A DNA stretch of 64,000 bases, taken from positions 914,831-978,830 of the forward strand of contig OX044367.1 in the NCBI GenBank assembly GCA_943846785.1, written 5' to 3'. A program made the translations under genes and the position numbers. Shown here piece after piece: positions 48,966 through 60,006 of this stretch (position 1 is the stretch's first letter; the number at the start of each line of letters is the position of its first letter). Under the pieces are notes generated by a model. The model did no database searches. It had not been told where the DNA came from and saw only the letters and a program-made list of their open reading frames with translations. This DNA is from an uncultured SAR86 cluster bacterium (GTDB lineage Bacteria > Pseudomonadota > Gammaproteobacteria > Magnimaribacterales > D2472).

Positions 48966-49877
48966 ATGGGTTTTAAATTAGCAAACGTAAATGGTAAATC
49001 ATCTCTTATTTATGGTGAATCTTATTATGATATAAATACTATTTCCCAGGGTAAAATTTCATCAGACCCATCAGAAGTATTAGATTCGTTAAATGATTTG
49101 CATGAATTATCTAGTAACATTAATAACTTTGAACCAACAGGATTGATAGAAAACTCTTTATTAGGAGCACCTATTACAAATTCTAGAAATTGTTTTGCTG
49201 TTGGTTTAAATTATAAAGCGCATGCAGAAGAAAGCGGTATGGAGATTCCGCCATTTCCAATGGTTTTTACTAAACATACTTCTTGTATTGTTGGACCTTT
49301 TGAAGAAATTCAAATGAGAAGTGATATTGTTGATTATGAAGCAGAACTGGTTGTTGTAATAGGCAAGGAAGGTAAAAATATAACAAAGGCTAATGCTTGG
49401 GAACATGTTGCTGGATTAACTGTAGGTCAAGATATATCTGATAGAGCTGTTCAATTTCATGCAACCCCTCCTCAGTTTAATCTAGGTAAATCATTTGACA
49501 CGTTTGGACCAATAGGTCCTTGTTTGGTGTCACCTGATTTAGTTACTAATAAAGATGCAGTGCAGCTCCAATGCTATGTAAATGATGAATTAAGACAGGA
49601 AACAAGTACAGATGATTTAATATTTACAGTACCAGATATCATTTCTTACATATCAGAATTCCTAACATTAAATACTGGAGATCTGATATTTACGGGAACA
49701 CCATCAGGTGTTGGTGCTACTCAAGGTAAATTACTTAAACACGGTGATATAGTCACAACATCCATTAATGAAATTGGAACTATTATAAATAAGTGTATTA
49801 GAATTAATAATCATTCAAATGTAGATTATATGCCTGAGTTTTTAAAAGGAAAAATTCCAGCAGAAGATAATACTTAA
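48966..49877 (+). CDS. fumarylacetoacetate hydrolase (FAH) family protein
   Basis: VGLNYKAHAEE, DYEAELVVVIGK, and GDLIFTGTPSGVG motifs. Confidence 0.85.
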   Translation: MGFKLANVNGKSSLIYGESYYDINTISQGKISSDPSEVLDSLNDLHELSSNINNFEPTGLIENSLLGAPITNSRNCFAVGLNYKAHAEESGMEIPPFPMVFTKHTSCIVGPFEEIQMRSDIVDYEAELVVVIGKEGKNITKANAWEHVAGLTVGQDISDRAVQFHATPPQFNLGKSFDTFGPIGPCLVSPDLVTNKDAVQLQCYVNDELRQETSTDDLIFTVPDIISYISEFLTLNTGDLIFTGTPSGVGATQGKLLKHGDIVTTSINEIGTIINKCIRINNHSNVDYMPEFLKGKIPAEDNT

Positions 49878-49942
49878 ATCATTTATAACAGATCAACTGT
49901 ATTTCTTTAGACTTTAAATCTACTAAATACTTTATGTGCAAA

Positions 49943-50398
49943 CTATTTAGATTTATGGCCTGGAACTAAATTAGCAGACTCAATACCAGCAATAGCACAA
50001 ATTTCATCTTGATCAGACACATCACCGGTTACACCAACGGCGCCAATATTTTTTCCATCTTTTTGGATAAGCATTCCACCAGGTGTTGGAACAAGTTTAC
50101 CCCCTGCCATTGTTTGCATTCCAGTTACAGCTGGTGCCAATCTTGGTTGACCTTCAAATACATCTCTTAATGTATTAGACGAAACATTAAATGCTAAACA
50201 TGTCCATGCTTTAGCATAAGCAATATCAGACCTTATTAATCCTGAGCCCTCTTCAGATAATGATGCTCTTACAACACCTGCTACATCAACTACAGTAACA
50301 GTTAATGGCATTAAGTTTAATTCTCTTCCCTTTTTTAAAGCTTCTTTGCATATATTTAATGCTTCATCTAACTTAATTTCACCTGGGTTGATAATCAT
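49943..50398 (-). CDS. GlcG/HbpS-like (DUF336) heme-binding protein
   Basis: ..AYAKAWTCLAF.. and GGMLIQKDGKNIGAVGVTGDVSDQDEICAIAGI match the family pattern. Confidence 0.7.
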   Translation of the reverse strand: MIINPGEIKLDEALNICKEALKKGRELNLMPLTVTVVDVAGVVRASLSEEGSGLIRSDIAYAKAWTCLAFNVSSNTLRDVFEGQPRLAPAVTGMQTMAGGKLVPTPGGMLIQKDGKNIGAVGVTGDVSDQDEICAIAGIESANLVPGHKSK

Positions 50399-50486
50399 AA
50401 TAATAATGTCCTGTATTGAATTTATATTAATAATTATATAACTATATGAACCCCCTATTGGAAGAAATATAGTTTAAAATATGCAC

Positions 50487-50705
50487 ATGTCAAAAGAAGA
50501 TGCATTAGAGTTTGAAGGTGAAGTGATTGAAACACTCCCTAATACTAAATTTAAAGTAAAACTTGAAAATGATCATGTAATTACAGCTCATATATCTGGA
50601 AAAATGCGCAAGCATTACATTCGTATATTAACTGGTGATAAAGTTAAGGTTGAGATGACACCTTATGATTTAACTGTAGGAAGAATAACCTTTAGAGGAA
50701 GATAA
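50487..50705 (+). CDS. infA: translation initiation factor IF-1
   Basis: [70 protein letters not shown] is near-canonical IF-1. I prefer ATG 50487 over 50481. Confidence 0.92.
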   Translation: MSKEDALEFEGEVIETLPNTKFKVKLENDHVITAHISGKMRKHYIRILTGDKVKVEMTPYDLTVGRITFRGR

Positions 50706-50706
50706 G

Positions 50707-52950
50707 CTAAGCTTTTACCTTCTTTTTTACTTCACTAAATTTCAAATTTCCATTTTTAATATCAAGATTAATTTGCCCGCCTGATTTTAAGTTTCCAAAT
50801 AGTAATTTATCAACTAAGGGTTTTTTGATATTTTTTGAAATAAACCGTTCCATTGGTCTTGCACCCATTTCTTTGTCATAACCATTATCAGCTATCCAAT
50901 CAATAACGTTATCTGAAACTATTATTTCAACATTTCTTTTATCAAGTTGAGCTTGAAGTTTTGTTAAGAACTTATCGACAATAGATAATATGATAGTTTT
51001 ATCTAAGTAGTTAAATTGTATAATTTCATCTAGCCTGTTCCTGAATTCAGGTGAAAATAGTTTATTCAATGAATTCATTGCATCAGATTCATTTGATGAA
51101 GTACTAAAACCAATATTTCTTCTGCCTAATAATTCGGCACCAATATTAGTTGTCATTATTAATATAACATTCCTGAAATCAGCTTTTCTTCCATTATTAT
51201 CTGTTAATACACCGGCATCCATTACTTGCAGCAATATATTAAATATATCTGGGTGAGCTTTTTCAATTTCATCAAGCAGCAAAACACAATGTGGTGACTT
51301 AACAACTGCTTCTGTTAAAAGACCGCCTTGATCAAATCCAACATATCCTGGAGGTGCTCCTATAAGTCTTGAAACGGTATGTCTTTCCATATACTCACTC
51401 ATATCAAAACGAACTAGGTCTATACCCATAATTTCTGAAAGTTGATTAGATATTTCGGTCTTGCCCACCCCAGTTGGTCCGGTAAATAAAAATGAGCCTA
51501 TTGTTTTATTGTCATCTCTTAATCCTACTCGAGATAGCTTTATTGCATTTGCTAATGTTTCTACAGCCACATCTTGACCAAAAATTACACGCTTGAGACT
51601 TTCTTCAATATTTTTGAGATTCTTCTTATCAGCTGCTGTAATACTTTGTTCTGGTATTTTTGTAATCTTTGAAATAGTTTTTTCAATATCAGATTGATTT
51701 ACAGTAATTTTTTTTGAGTTTTTTCTACTAATGTTAAGCATAGCTCCTGTCTCATCGATAACATCTATAGCTTTATCAGGAAGAAATCTGTCATTGATAT
51801 ATTTAGAAGATAAATCAATTGATGTTTTTATTGCCTCATTTGAATAATTAACATTATGGTACTCTTCATAAACATCTTTAATACCATCAAGAATTTCAAT
51901 ACATTCATCGTAATTAGGCTCTAAAACATCAACTTTTTGGAATCTTCTGGATAAAGCTTGGTTTTGATCAAATATACCTCTGTACTCTTGAAAAGTTGTA
52001 GAACCGATACATCTAATCTGACCCTTACCTAGTGCAGGCTTAAGGAGATTGGAAACATCCAAAGACCCTCCAGAAGCTGAACCAGCACCAATAATTGTAT
52101 GAATTTCATCAATAAATAATACAGGCTTATCTTCGTTATCTAAAAATTTTAGAACTTCTTTAAGACGTTTTTCAAAGTCTCCTCTATATTTTGTTCCAGC
52201 TATTAAAGCTGCGATATCAAGAGAATATATTGTTGAATTAGCTAAAATCTTTGGAACATTACTACTTGTTATTAAATAAGCTAATCCTTCTGCAATAGCT
52301 GTCTTCCCTACTCCTGATTCACCAACCAATAGAGGGTTATTTTTTGTTCTACGAGATAATATTTGTATTATTCTTTCAACTTCTCTACTTCTCCCAACAA
52401 GTTTATCAATCTTGCCTTCTTGAACCTGCTTATTAAGATTTATAAGATAATTACTTTCCTTTTTTTCTTTAGGGGCATCCGTTTCTACCTCTTCATCTTT
52501 TGAATTAGTTTCAATAGTTGTCTTTTCAGGACTACCATGGGAAATATGAGTAACAACATCAAGACGATTTATATTATTTTTATTGAGTAAGTAAACTGAA
52601 TGAGATTCTTTTTCAGAAAAAATTGCTACTAGAATGTTTATAGGTTTTACAACTCCCTTACCTGAGGATTGAATATGAAAGACTGCTCTTTGTAGAACTC
52701 TTTGAAAACCAAGTGTTGGTTGAACAGCTTTTTGTGCATCAGTTCGCATAATGCTAGTTTGTTTAAGATGATCATTAAGACTATCTTTTAGCGATTGAAC
52801 TTGAATATCTTTTGATTCTATAAAATCTTTTACATTATAGTCATTGAGAATCATCAAAAATAAATGCTCAACAGTTAGATATTGAATATTTATCTCTTGA
52901 GCTTGATCAAACAAGCTAGCAATTGAAATTTCTAAATCTTTACTAAACAT
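50707..52950 (-). CDS. clpA: ATP-dependent Clp protease ATP-binding subunit ClpA
   Basis: Two AAA+ modules (GESGVGKT, GPTGVGKTE). 747 aa. Downstream of clpS. Confidence 0.92.
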   Translation of the reverse strand: MFSKDLEISIASLFDQAQEINIQYLTVEHLFLMILNDYNVKDFIESKDIQVQSLKDSLNDHLKQTSIMRTDAQKAVQPTLGFQRVLQRAVFHIQSSGKGVVKPINILVAIFSEKESHSVYLLNKNNINRLDVVTHISHGSPEKTTIETNSKDEEVETDAPKEKKESNYLINLNKQVQEGKIDKLVGRSREVERIIQILSRRTKNNPLLVGESGVGKTAIAEGLAYLITSSNVPKILANSTIYSLDIAALIAGTKYRGDFEKRLKEVLKFLDNEDKPVLFIDEIHTIIGAGSASGGSLDVSNLLKPALGKGQIRCIGSTTFQEYRGIFDQNQALSRRFQKVDVLEPNYDECIEILDGIKDVYEEYHNVNYSNEAIKTSIDLSSKYINDRFLPDKAIDVIDETGAMLNISRKNSKKITVNQSDIEKTISKITKIPEQSITAADKKNLKNIEESLKRVIFGQDVAVETLANAIKLSRVGLRDDNKTIGSFLFTGPTGVGKTEISNQLSEIMGIDLVRFDMSEYMERHTVSRLIGAPPGYVGFDQGGLLTEAVVKSPHCVLLLDEIEKAHPDIFNILLQVMDAGVLTDNNGRKADFRNVILIMTTNIGAELLGRRNIGFSTSSNESDAMNSLNKLFSPEFRNRLDEIIQFNYLDKTIILSIVDKFLTKLQAQLDKRNVEIIVSDNVIDWIADNGYDKEMGARPMERFISKNIKKPLVDKLLFGNLKSGGQINLDIKNGNLKFSEVKKKVKA

Positions 52951-52951
52951 A

Positions 52952-53290
52952 CTAATCCGTTAATGGTTCTATTTCACTTAAAAGTGGATGGTTGTGATGT
53001 TTTGCCATTTCATTAACTTCATATGACATCATCTCAGCGATCTCTTTAGAAAATATACCACATACCCCCATACCTTTTGTATGGACAGCCATCATTATTT
53101 TTGTTGATTGCTCGTGGGTATGATTAAAAACAGTTTGTAAGACATAAACTACAAACTCCATAGGAGTATAGTCATCATTTAATAAAATAACCTGATATAA
53201 AGGAGGCTCTTTAACTTCAGGTTCTTTTTCTAATACAGATGAACCATAATCATTTTCATTATCTATTTCTTCTATAGAAAGCTTAATCAT
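52952..53290 (-). CDS. clpS: ATP-dependent Clp protease adaptor ClpS
   Basis: PPLYQVILLNDDYTPMEFVVYVL...AVHTKGMGVCG motif. Confidence 0.9.
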   Translation of the reverse strand: MIKLSIEEIDNENDYGSSVLEKEPEVKEPPLYQVILLNDDYTPMEFVVYVLQTVFNHTHEQSTKIMMAVHTKGMGVCGIFSKEIAEMMSYEVNEMAKHHNHPLLSEIEPLTD

Positions 53291-54543
53291 TACATTCTTT
53301 TAATCATCTCATCAGCAAATCCAGAACATGAAACGAGATCAGCCCCTTCCATCATACGCTCAAAGTCATAAGTAACTTTTTTAGCACCAATTGTTCTTTC
53401 CATTGAGCTAATGATTAAATCTGCTGCCTCTACCCATCCCATATGCCTTAGCATCATTTCAGCAGAAAGGATAAGGCTTCCTGGATTAACTTTATCCTGG
53501 CCAGCATATTTTGGAGCTGTTCCATGAGTAGCTTCAAATACAGCATAGTCATCAGAAAGATTTGCGCCTGGTGCTATACCAATACCACCTACACAAGCTG
53601 CTAGTGCGTCTGAAATATAATCACCATTAAGATTCATAGTTGCAATAACATCATAATCTGTTGGTCTTAAAAGAATTTGTTGTAGGAATGCGTCACATAT
53701 AACGTCATTAATAATTATAGATTTACCATTATTCGGATTTTTAATAACTTGCCAAGGTCCTCCATCTAGATCTTCTGCTTGATAATCAGTTTTTGATACT
53801 TCATAACCCCAATCCCTAAAAGCACCTTCGGTATATTTCATAATATTACCTTTATGAACAAGTGTTACAGAGGATCTGTCATTATCAATAGCATAATCTA
53901 TAGCTTTTTTTACTAACCTTTCAGTACCTTCTTTAGAAATTGGTTTAACACCAATACCAACAGTATCTGGAAAGCGGATTTGATCAATACCAAATTCTTT
54001 TTTAAGAATCTCAACTACTTTCTTAGATTCATCCGACTCAGCCTTAAATTCAATACCAGAATAAATATCCTCAGAATTTTCTCTAAAAATAATCATATCT
54101 GTATCTTGTGGTCTTTTAACAGGCGATGGAACGCCATCAAAGTATCTAATAGGTCTTAGGCAAACATATAAATCAAGAATTTGTCTTAATGAAACATTCA
54201 ATGACCTTATACCACCACCAATTGGCGTAGTTAAGGGCCCTTTTATGCTAACTACATATTCTTTCAATGCTTCAATAGTCTCATCAGGAAGCCAGGTATC
54301 TTTGGTATATACGTTAGTTGATTTTTCTCCACAATAAACTTCCATCCATTCAATTTTTCTTTCGCCTTCGTAAGCAATTTTTACTGCTGTATCAACAACT
54401 TTTAACATAGCAGGTGTAATATCAACACCGATACCGTCGCCTTCTATAAATGGAATTATAGGATTATTTGGTACGTTTAATTTGCCATCAGTTATAGATA
54501 TTTTAGATCCTGACTCTGGTTCTTTAATTTTATCGAATTTCAT
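53290..54543 (-). CDS. icd: NADP-dependent isocitrate dehydrogenase (homodimeric type)
   Basis: [18 protein letters not shown], and [13 protein letters not shown] motifs. 417 aa. Confidence 0.92.
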   Translation of the reverse strand: MKFDKIKEPESGSKISITDGKLNVPNNPIIPFIEGDGIGVDITPAMLKVVDTAVKIAYEGERKIEWMEVYCGEKSTNVYTKDTWLPDETIEALKEYVVSIKGPLTTPIGGGIRSLNVSLRQILDLYVCLRPIRYFDGVPSPVKRPQDTDMIIFRENSEDIYSGIEFKAESDESKKVVEILKKEFGIDQIRFPDTVGIGVKPISKEGTERLVKKAIDYAIDNDRSSVTLVHKGNIMKYTEGAFRDWGYEVSKTDYQAEDLDGGPWQVIKNPNNGKSIIINDVICDAFLQQILLRPTDYDVIATMNLNGDYISDALAACVGGIGIAPGANLSDDYAVFEATHGTAPKYAGQDKVNPGSLILSAEMMLRHMGWVEAADLIISSMERTIGAKKVTYDFERMMEGADLVSCSGFADEMIKRM

Positions 54544-54639
54544 TTACTTATTGACCTCTGTATTAAGATTTTAGCTTCCAAATCGGTCATAATTATACTC
54601 TTTATTAATTTAATATAACACTTAGAAAAGAGAAGAAAG

Positions 54640-55719
54640 ATGCAAAATAAGACAGTAGTTGTTGGGATGTCAGGTGGAGTTGATTCATCTGTAACCGCAT
54701 ATCTATTAAAACAGCAAGGTTATGATGTGAAAGGTCTTTTTATGAAAAACTGGCAAAGTGAGCCAGGTGAAGTATGTACTTCAGAAATTGATTTTAAAGA
54801 TGCATCTGCAGTTTGTGACAAACTAGACATTCCTCTTCATAAGGCTAATTTTTCTGACGAATACTGGGAAAGAGTTTTTACAAATTTTTTAAGTGAACAT
54901 GAAAAAGGAAGAACACCTAATCCAGATATATTATGTAATAGGGAAATTAAATTTAAATCTTTCTTAGATTATGCATTCAATATTGGAGCTGATTTTATAG
55001 CAACTGGTCACTACGCGAAAATTGTTAACAAAGATAATCATAAATTCTTAGCTAGAGCTAAAGATTTATTTAAAGATCAAACATACTTCCTTCATGAAGT
55101 TAACGAAAATGAATTTAAAAGATGTATTTTTCCTTTATCAGATTTAACTAAGGATGAGGTAAGAGAAATAGCACTAAAAGAAAACTTAATTACTGCTGAT
55201 AAAAAAGATTCAGTAGGTATTTGTTTTGTTGGAGAACGTAACTTAAAAGATTTCTTAAATAGATTTATATCATTTTCAAAAGGAAAAATTAAAGATGAGA
55301 ATGGAAATGTAATAGGCGAACATCAAGGATCAATTTTATTCACTGAAGGACAAAGACAGGGTTTGCAAATTGGAGGTGTTAAAGGAGCTGATGAGCTACC
55401 TTGGTATGTATTTAAGAAAGATATAAAGAACAATGAAATACATGTCTGCCAAGGTGTTGATAACCAACTACTAATGAACTCTGGTATTTATGTAGAGAAA
55501 ATTAATTGGATAAATGATATTAACTATGAGCTCCCAATGAAATGTCTTATTCAGGTTAGGCATCAACATACACCAGTTGAATGTTCGATTAGTTTAGATA
55601 AAAAAAGAATCATGGTAACTTTTAAAAATAAAATTAGAGCAATTGCACCAGGTCAATCAGCAGTTTTTTATGATAATGATATATGCTTAGGTGGCGGAAT
55701 TATTGAAGAAACTTTTTAA
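54640..55719 (+). CDS. mnmA: tRNA 2-thiouridine(34) synthase
   Basis: PP-loop VVVGMSGGVDSSV, plus TPNPDILCN and KDQTYFL motifs. Confidence 0.92.
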   Translation: MQNKTVVVGMSGGVDSSVTAYLLKQQGYDVKGLFMKNWQSEPGEVCTSEIDFKDASAVCDKLDIPLHKANFSDEYWERVFTNFLSEHEKGRTPNPDILCNREIKFKSFLDYAFNIGADFIATGHYAKIVNKDNHKFLARAKDLFKDQTYFLHEVNENEFKRCIFPLSDLTKDEVREIALKENLITADKKDSVGICFVGERNLKDFLNRFISFSKGKIKDENGNVIGEHQGSILFTEGQRQGLQIGGVKGADELPWYVFKKDIKNNEIHVCQGVDNQLLMNSGIYVEKINWINDINYELPMKCLIQVRHQHTPVECSISLDKKRIMVTFKNKIRAIAPGQSAVFYDNDICLGGGIIEETF

Positions 55720-55758
55720 TTTAATTAGAGCTCATTTAAAGGATGATAAAATAAACAA

Positions 55759-57114
55759 ATGAAATATGATCATGACAACATCTCACCACTAGATAATAGA
55801 TATGCAAATAAAATTTCTGATCTAAGACAGAATTTTAGCGAGTCAGCATTAATAAAAATACGATTTGAAATTGAAATAGAATGGCTTATATTTCTTTGTA
55901 CAAATTTACCTAAATCATTTAAACCATTGAGCAAAGAATCTATTAATAAAATTAATAAGTTTAAAAATAATTTTGATGATAAGTATGTAATTAAAATTAA
56001 GAAAATTGAATCTATCACTAATCATGATGTTAAAGCTGTTGAATATTTTATTGCTGACTTTTTTAATAAAGATAATATCCTTAAAAAATATGTTCATCTA
56101 ATTCATTTTGGCTTAACAAGTGAAGATATAAATTCACTTAGCTATGCAGTTTTAACAAAGGATGGAATTTTATTATTAATAAATGAAATTAATAAAGTTA
56201 ATAAAACCTTAAAGAATTATTCTAAAAAATGGTCAAAGATAGCTTTCTTGGCTAGGACCCATGGTCAAGCCGCTTCCCCTTCTACCTTGGGTAAAGAATT
56301 TAAAGTTTATACCTCAAGACTTGATAGAGAATTAAAGCTGCTAAAAATGATTAAACCATTAGCTAAATATAGCGGAGCAACGGGAAATTTTCATACTTTT
56401 GAAATAGTAGATGATTCTATTAATTGGCCAAAAATTAATAAGAAATTTTTAAAGCAGTTTAAGGTTGAGCAAAATTTATTTACAACACAAATAGAGCCAC
56501 ATGATTGGATTGCAGAAGTATCTCATTCAGTCATAAGAATTAATAATATTCTTACTGATCTTTCTCAGGACTGTTGGATTTATATTTCAAACGATATATT
56601 TAAACTTAAACTAAACAAAAATGAAGTTGGCTCATCAACAATGCCTCATAAGGTCAATCCAATTGATTTTGAAAATGCTGAAGGCAATTTTGGAATTTCA
56701 TCATCACTATTTAATTTTTTTGCAGATAAATTAACAAAATCTAGACATCAAAGAGATCTATCTGATTCAACCGTCTTAAGAAATATTGGTTTAGGTTTTG
56801 GATATTCAGCAATAGCATTAATATCAACTAATAAAGGCCTCTCAAAAATAACACCAAATTTAACAAGTATAGAAAAAGAATTAGATCTTAATTGGGAAGT
56901 TCTTACAGAAGCGGTACAAACTCTTATGCGATATGAGGGTATCCCTGATGCATATGAGCAGCTTAAACAACTCTCGAGAGGATCTAAGCTTACACAGAAG
57001 TCTTATAAAGAATTTATAAATAATCTTAATATATCGGATAAATCAAAAAATAAACTTATTTCATTAATGCCATCAACTTATACTGGTTTATCTGTATTCT
57101 TATCAAAATACTAA
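55759..57114 (+). CDS. purB: adenylosuccinate lyase
   Basis: SPLDNRY N-terminus and the GSSTMPHKVNP signature. 451 aa. Confidence 0.9.
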   Translation: MKYDHDNISPLDNRYANKISDLRQNFSESALIKIRFEIEIEWLIFLCTNLPKSFKPLSKESINKINKFKNNFDDKYVIKIKKIESITNHDVKAVEYFIADFFNKDNILKKYVHLIHFGLTSEDINSLSYAVLTKDGILLLINEINKVNKTLKNYSKKWSKIAFLARTHGQAASPSTLGKEFKVYTSRLDRELKLLKMIKPLAKYSGATGNFHTFEIVDDSINWPKINKKFLKQFKVEQNLFTTQIEPHDWIAEVSHSVIRINNILTDLSQDCWIYISNDIFKLKLNKNEVGSSTMPHKVNPIDFENAEGNFGISSSLFNFFADKLTKSRHQRDLSDSTVLRNIGLGFGYSAIALISTNKGLSKITPNLTSIEKELDLNWEVLTEAVQTLMRYEGIPDAYEQLKQLSRGSKLTQKSYKEFINNLNISDKSKNKLISLMPSTYTGLSVFLSKY

Positions 57115-57254
57115 TTTATAAGCTTTTTTGTAGCAAAACTACATAGAAATACACCTTAAAACATCTGTAAATAGGGATTTTTAAAATATTATTGACAGTT
57201 TGGGTTATATATTATCTACTTCACTACATAATTTTAATTTCAGAGACTATTATT

Positions 57255-58835
57255 ATGACAAACCATAAAGATCAACTAGAAAAAGCATCAAACATACCTG
57301 ATATGAACTCACCTCATTGGGATGCAATCAACCCTGATTATGTTGCACGGATGAGAATGCAAAATAAGTTCAAGACAGGTATAGATATAGCAAAATATAC
57401 AGCAGGTATTATGAGGAAAGATATGGATGCGTATGACAATAATACTGCTGACTATACCCAGTCATTGGGATGTTGGCATGGTTTTATAGGTCAACAAAAG
57501 ATGATTTCAATTAAGAAACATTTCAAAACTACTGATAGAAAATATTTATATTTATCTGGATGGATGGTAGCAGCATTACGATCTGAATTTGGCCCACTAC
57601 CAGATCAATCAATGCATGAAAAAACATCAGTAGCTAGTTTAATTGCAGAACTTTATCAATTCTTACGTCAAGCAGATGCCAGAGAGCTTGGTGGTTTATA
57701 CAGAAAACTTGATGCTGCTGAAGGGAGTTCTAAAGAAACTGTCCAGAATGAAATAGATAATTTTCAAACACATGTTGTTCCAATAATAGCTGATATTGAT
57801 GCTGGTTTTGGTAATGAAGAAGCTACCTATTTAATGGCTAAACAAATGATTGAGGCTGGAGCTTGTTGTATTCAGATTGAAAATCAAGTATCTGATGAAA
57901 AACAATGTGGACACCAGGATGGAAAAGTAACTGTGCCTCATGCAGATTTTTTAGCAAAGATTAATGCAGTTAGATATGCTTTTCTTGAGCTTGGTGTAGA
58001 TGATGGTGTCATTGTTGCAAGAACAGACTCTTTGGGTGCTGGTCTTACTAAACAAATTGCAGTAACTAGCGAAAAAGGAGATTTGGGTGATCAGTATAAT
58101 TCATTTCTTGATGTTGAAGAGGTTACACCAGAAACAATGAATCATGGTGATGTAATGATTAGTCAGGATGGAAAAATTGTTAGGCCAAAAAGGCTTCCTA
58201 GTAACTTATATCAATTTAAAGCTGGAACAGGTGAAGCAAGATGTATTTTAGATTCCATCACAAGTCTTCAAAATGGAGCAGACTTGATTTGGATAGAGAC
58301 TGAAAAGCCTCATATTGGTCAAATAGGGGCAATGATGGATGAAATTAAGAAAGTAGTACCTAATGCAAAACTAGTCTATAACAATAGTCCATCATTCAAT
58401 TGGACTTTAAATTTCCGACAACAAGTTTTTGATGCAATGGTTGAAAACGATCAGGATGTATCTTCATATGATAGAAGTGATCTAATGAATGAAAGTTATG
58501 ATACATCTGAATTAGCAGTTGAGGCAGATAATAAAATAAGAACTTTCCAAGCAGATGCTGCTAGAGAAGCCGGAATATTTCATCATCTTATTACCCTACC
58601 AACATATCACACAGCTGCACTGTCTACAGATAATCTAGCCAAAGAGTATTTTGGTAATAATGGAATGCTAGGCTATGTAGCTGGAGTTCAGAGAAAAGAA
58701 ATTAGAGAAGGAATTGCATGTGTTAAACACCAAAATATGTCAGGTTCTGATATGGGTGACGATCATAAAGAATACTTTGCAGGTGAGGCTGCATTAAAAG
58801 CAGCTGGCGAAGACAATACTATGAATCAGTTCTGA
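57255..58835 (+). CDS. aceA: isocitrate lyase (long, about 526-aa form)
   Basis: The KKCGH-type motif appears here as EKQCGHQDGK, and DIDAGFGN is present. I prefer ATG 57255 (MTNHKDQLEKA) over TTG 57192. Confidence 0.88.
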   Translation: MTNHKDQLEKASNIPDMNSPHWDAINPDYVARMRMQNKFKTGIDIAKYTAGIMRKDMDAYDNNTADYTQSLGCWHGFIGQQKMISIKKHFKTTDRKYLYLSGWMVAALRSEFGPLPDQSMHEKTSVASLIAELYQFLRQADARELGGLYRKLDAAEGSSKETVQNEIDNFQTHVVPIIADIDAGFGNEEATYLMAKQMIEAGACCIQIENQVSDEKQCGHQDGKVTVPHADFLAKINAVRYAFLELGVDDGVIVARTDSLGAGLTKQIAVTSEKGDLGDQYNSFLDVEEVTPETMNHGDVMISQDGKIVRPKRLPSNLYQFKAGTGEARCILDSITSLQNGADLIWIETEKPHIGQIGAMMDEIKKVVPNAKLVYNNSPSFNWTLNFRQQVFDAMVENDQDVSSYDRSDLMNESYDTSELAVEADNKIRTFQADAAREAGIFHHLITLPTYHTAALSTDNLAKEYFGNNGMLGYVAGVQRKEIREGIACVKHQNMSGSDMGDDHKEYFAGEAALKAAGEDNTMNQF

Positions 58836-59017
58836 TCACAGACTTCTGTATCAGTTCTTCCACATATTTGGCATGGTGCACCCTCTTCTAGGTTAGCCAT
58901 GCCACCGCATGACCCTTTTATCGGTTGATTTCTCATAATCAATCCTAGTGCTAATCCTGTAAAAGACAGCGCTATAACCATAAAACCTAAAAAAATATCA
59001 CTCATAAACAAAATCAT
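58826..59017 (-). CDS. nqrM: Na+-NQR maturation factor NqrM (DUF539)
   Basis: One TM helix, then the IKGSCGG...C..C cysteine motif. Located immediately downstream of apbE. An alternative start is ATG 59003-59005. Confidence 0.75.
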   Translation of the reverse strand: MILFMSDIFLGFMVIALSFTGLALGLIMRNQPIKGSCGGMANLEEGAPCQICGRTDTEVCDQN

Positions 59018-59999
59018 ACCATTTATCAGAAAAGAGTAATTCTATTTCATCATTTTTACTATTAATTAACATTAAAGGAATACCTTGTTTATTTGCTAGA
59101 TTAATAGACTCTTCACCACCCATAGCATTAAAACCTGTTGCATAAGCATCAGCTTGTGTAGCCGATTTGCTGTCAAGGACGGTAACTGATAAAACATTAC
59201 TAATAATTGATTTCTGATTATTAGGATTAATAGTATGAGTTTGTTTGGTTCCATCTGGAGATATCTTAAAATTTCTATACTCACCAGAAGTAGCAATTGA
59301 TAACATCTCACCATTTATATTACTGATAACATAAATAGATTTATTTGAATAAGAGCTTGGGTCTTGTATTCCAACCATCCATGGTTCTTTATAGTTAAAA
59401 CCATTAATAATGACTTCTCCACCTATATCAATTAAATGATTCGGTAAATTATTAGATATTAAATATTCATGAATTTTTTGAACAGCATAGCCTTTTGCAA
59501 TTGATGATAAATCAAACCAAAAATTAGAACTTTTAAGAACAGTTTGATTTGATTTATTTAATATATAAGTCCTTACATTTGGGTTGTTACTTACATCTAT
59601 ATTAAATGTTGGAGAAAACCCCAAAGAGCTAGATACCTTTCCAAGTGTAATATCATAAAAACTTTTAAAAATATTTGATGTTAATTTAGCTTCATCCAAT
59701 ATTGAGTAAAGATCATTGGATATCACAAGCTCAGTTTTAATTGGGCTGTTATTAATTATTGCTATCTCTGAGTCTGATTTATAGTTCGATGCAGTGTTAT
59801 CAACATCATCAATAATAGCTAATATTTTTTTCTCATGATGATCTGCAATAAATTCTGTAGAAGAAACAGACCAAGTTGTTCCATAGGCATTGCCTGAAAT
59901 TGAGTATAAATTGGTTGAATTGAAATTATAAGCAAGATATATACAGAACAGACCTACAGATAAAGCTAATAATTTAGAAAAAATATACCTATTCAACAA
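58998..59999 (-). CDS. apbE: FAD:protein FMN transferase ApbE
   Basis: ApbE-family motifs (..SSIAKGYAV.., ..IATSGEY.., ..ADAYATG..). Located downstream of nqrF. Confidence 0.85.
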   Translation of the reverse strand: MLNRYIFSKLLALSVGLFCIYLAYNFNSTNLYSISGNAYGTTWSVSSTEFIADHHEKKILAIIDDVDNTASNYKSDSEIAIINNSPIKTELVISNDLYSILDEAKLTSNIFKSFYDITLGKVSSSLGFSPTFNIDVSNNPNVRTYILNKSNQTVLKSSNFWFDLSSIAKGYAVQKIHEYLISNNLPNHLIDIGGEVIINGFNYKEPWMVGIQDPSSYSNKSIYVISNINGEMLSIATSGEYRNFKISPDGTKQTHTINPNNQKSIISNVLSVTVLDSKSATQADAYATGFNAMGGEESINLANKQGIPLMLINSKNDEIELLFSDKWYDFVYE

Positions 60000-60006
60000 C
60001 TTTTAG

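Noticed and set aside
57192-57254. TTG 57192 as the isocitrate lyase start (adds MTVWVIYYLLHYIILISETII)
   Set aside because: The extension is hydrophobic and unlike ICL N-termini. The TTG is part of a TTGACA hexamer that looks more like a promoter element. ATG 57255 gives a conventional N-terminus.
58826-58835. 10-nt convergent overlap of the aceA and nqrM 3' ends as a possible regulatory feature
   Set aside because: Short convergent overlaps are common throughout this compact window (for example 3950-3984 and 43675-43682). Nothing specific supports a function.
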